A DNA stretch of 63,099 nucleotides, the filler included, from Choristocarpus tenellus KU-1152 (lineage: Eukaryota > Protista > Phaeophyceae): assembly GCA_964200185.2 (NCBI GenBank). It is 12 parts of 12 records of this genome, joined end to end, with 100 filler letters (N's around TTAATTAATTAA, not from the genome) between each part and the next. Parts side by side here need not be neighbours in the genome. Positions count along the whole stretch, not along the records: positions 60,205 to 63,099 come from CAXNAD020023833.1; 11 more parts are not named here. One strand, 5' to 3'. The position numbers and the translations under genes were made by a program. Shown piece by piece: positions 60,852-63,099 of the stretch. Positions within the stretch are counted from its first letter, which is position 1. The number at the start of each line of letters is the position of its first letter. The notes under the pieces are model-generated. The model was not told where the DNA came from and searched no databases. It saw nothing but the letters and a program-made list of their open reading frames with translations.

Positions 60852-62997
60852 TGGTTTAGAATAAGGTATGTACTTCTACCACATGGCCTTCTGGAGTACA
60901 TGAAATGTGTGTAACTACAGCACTGCGTGATGGAAGAGTGTGAGCAGCACAGTTCATTATCTTAGTTTTTTTTATGCTCTTCTGCAATTATTTTGGTCCT
61001 CAAAGAGAACAGAAAATATTTTGATGGGGACTGAGAAATCATGTTGGGTGCACCCAACCTACAGCATTCTTGGCCTACATTTGGTTAAGCGCACAGAAAA
61101 GGTTGACTGACTATATGAGTCAATTTGTTTTTTGACAAAACCTGCCCATCTATTCACCGACATGACTTGTACTTATTTCTGTCCAATTTTTGAAGTTGAA
61201 AAATCATTCTAGTATTTTTCTTTGGGGGTTAACCTGGTACTTTGTATCACTGACAACCTACTCTTCTCAGAAATCCCATCACCATACCTTACTATAAAAT
61301 GTAATGAACGGTGATTTTACCAGAGAGGATACAATTCGTTAGCAGTTTTATCTGTACAACAGTAATTTCCTCCTGCAAGTTTACACACATGCACATCTGG
61401 CACACAAAGTTGAGCAACTATCCCTTTCATCATTATCGAGATACCTTCACGATGTAGAACAGTATAGTACAGTATTTGTAGTCCTGATTGTCAATGAGGA
61501 GCTAAATTTCCAAGATGTGAAGTACTGTATGAATCTTGCATTCTTGAGGGCAGTTCCCTTTCATCCAAACATCAGAATGGGCGAAAAGGCAAGAAATGCG
61601 TAAGAAGGAAGGCTTTTTTTGCTCCAATTACTGATCAACCACACAAATTAGACAAACTAGACACCATTAACATTAAACCAACTGGACTAAGGAAACTGTC
61701 ACATATATAAGAGGGATGGCATACTCGTTGCCTTGTACTACTTATGCACCCAGATAGAAGTAGAGGATGTTTTTATCTTCACATTCATGTCATTAAATCC
61801 TCTTATATCATTGGGCCAACCTTGCTTGCAAAACCAAGAGTGATGTCATAACCACAATAATGCTACTACTAACCCTCCACCCTGTCTTGACTTGACTATG
61901 TAGAATTCCTAGTACTACTAAGAAGGCGAAAAAGTGCCTGAAAATTAAAAAAGAACACATGCATACAACATACACACACAACACACAATACACACATACA
62001 AGGCTTGTTTCTAAAAACAACATACAAAGGCTCCCACAGACAACACAACAAACAACTACATGCCTGCACAGATGCAGGCAGAGTGCCCTCCTTGGATCAA
62101 CCCTCTGTATGGGTTCAGCATTATGCACACCTGGCATTCCTCACCTCGACCCCCTCTCTGTGTGGGTGGGCAGGTAGTTTCCGGCACCTTCAAGTACACG
62201 TCGAGAATTTGATAGGACAATACAAAAAAAAGTTTTTGCACACCACACATAACTCTAGCCTGACAAAGATTGAGGGACTACGTACGAGTGTGGTACAACA
62301 CTGATGACACTGATGAAACTATTACAGCTACAACTATTAACCACCTGAATACACGGGCTCTAGCATCAGGAACCCCTCCCTTTGCCAACAGCAAAAAAGA
62401 GAAACACACAAGGAGCTAGACTACTCCATCTTTAAGACAGCAAGACAAATACATAACAAAAGACTCCCTAGCCTCCTCCTTACCCCTCGAGCTTTCCATC
62501 CGTTCCACTCCCTGCTGAGAACTGTGCTTCACACCATAGACATACGAGGTGCAGAGCATGGTCACAGAAAAGTACCCTATCTTGGACAGCATCTATTCCA
62601 ACACAGAGCCAACAACAAACAACAACAAAGGACACCTGAAAATGTTTTCTTGTTTCAAGAACGTGGTGAGTAACACTAATTCGTGCGAGCAGGCTGTGAA
62701 ATCCAACCTTCCCAACCTTCTTTACAGATATAGCGCAGTGCTCCCCACCTGTGAAACATGTTCCATCATGGCACAGCCAAGATAAAAAACAATGTAAACG
62801 ACTTTTGAGGAGACAAACAAAACCCAAGGTAAATACGACAAAAACAAACTATAGAAAATATAAAGAGAAAATAACAACTTGCAGCGTTCAGTTTATATCT
62901 TGAAACGCCCCCTACACAGAGCCATCTGCCTCAAGCAAGTTCACTTGTCAATCAGGTCAGATTGCTGAAGGCTGCGCGCATTGCCCACACAGCTCTA

Positions 62998-63062
<65 letters not shown>

Positions 63063-63099
63063 ACCCGCACCCCCACCCCCCAACACCCCCAACCACCCA

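Noticed and set aside
61800-62830. ORFs on the last contig
   Set aside because: Low-complexity CA-rich sequence with no motifs or coherent exon structure.

Overview
This is eukaryotic, intron-rich nuclear DNA, not a prokaryotic locus. It consists of 12 contigs joined by 11 artificial 100-nt spacers (44 N + TTAATTAATTAA + 44 N), so adjacency across spacers has no biological meaning. Gene content points to a photosynthetic, flagellate-stage stramenopile (ochrophyte, brown-alga/PX-clade-like): a galactolipid synthase, a protein with a bipartite plastid-targeting presequence, an IFT-dynein subunit and TTAGGG repeats. The ORF track misses most genes because they are spliced, so I rebuilt models from GT/GC-AG boundaries and protein motifs. 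The models are: a complete 755-aa protein with three tandem hnRNP-Q/R N-terminal (NURR/AcD)-like repeats, an RG box and a C-terminal SAM domain; a PDZ + coiled-coil protein; a plastid-targeted Der/EngA-like GTPase (5' part); a PhoD-like protein (internal exons); a small multi-TM protein; a DEAH-box helicase (5' part); WDR34/DYNC2I2 (5' part, with a GC-AG intron); a Bax-inhibitor-1/TMBIM family protein; an 898-codon unknown ORF; DGDG synthase (5' part); and the urea transporter DUR3 (3' part). Three gene pairs are tightly head-to-head. Non-coding DNA carries 14 copies or fragments of two related MITE families sharing GRSYCAAAGYAT termini, with 4-bp TSDs where these are legible (Sola2-like by inference). 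It also holds an older dispersed repeat, a 35-bp minisatellite and interstitial telomeric repeats. There is no CRISPR array, rRNA or intact tRNA. All family assignments come from recalled motifs; no searches were run.
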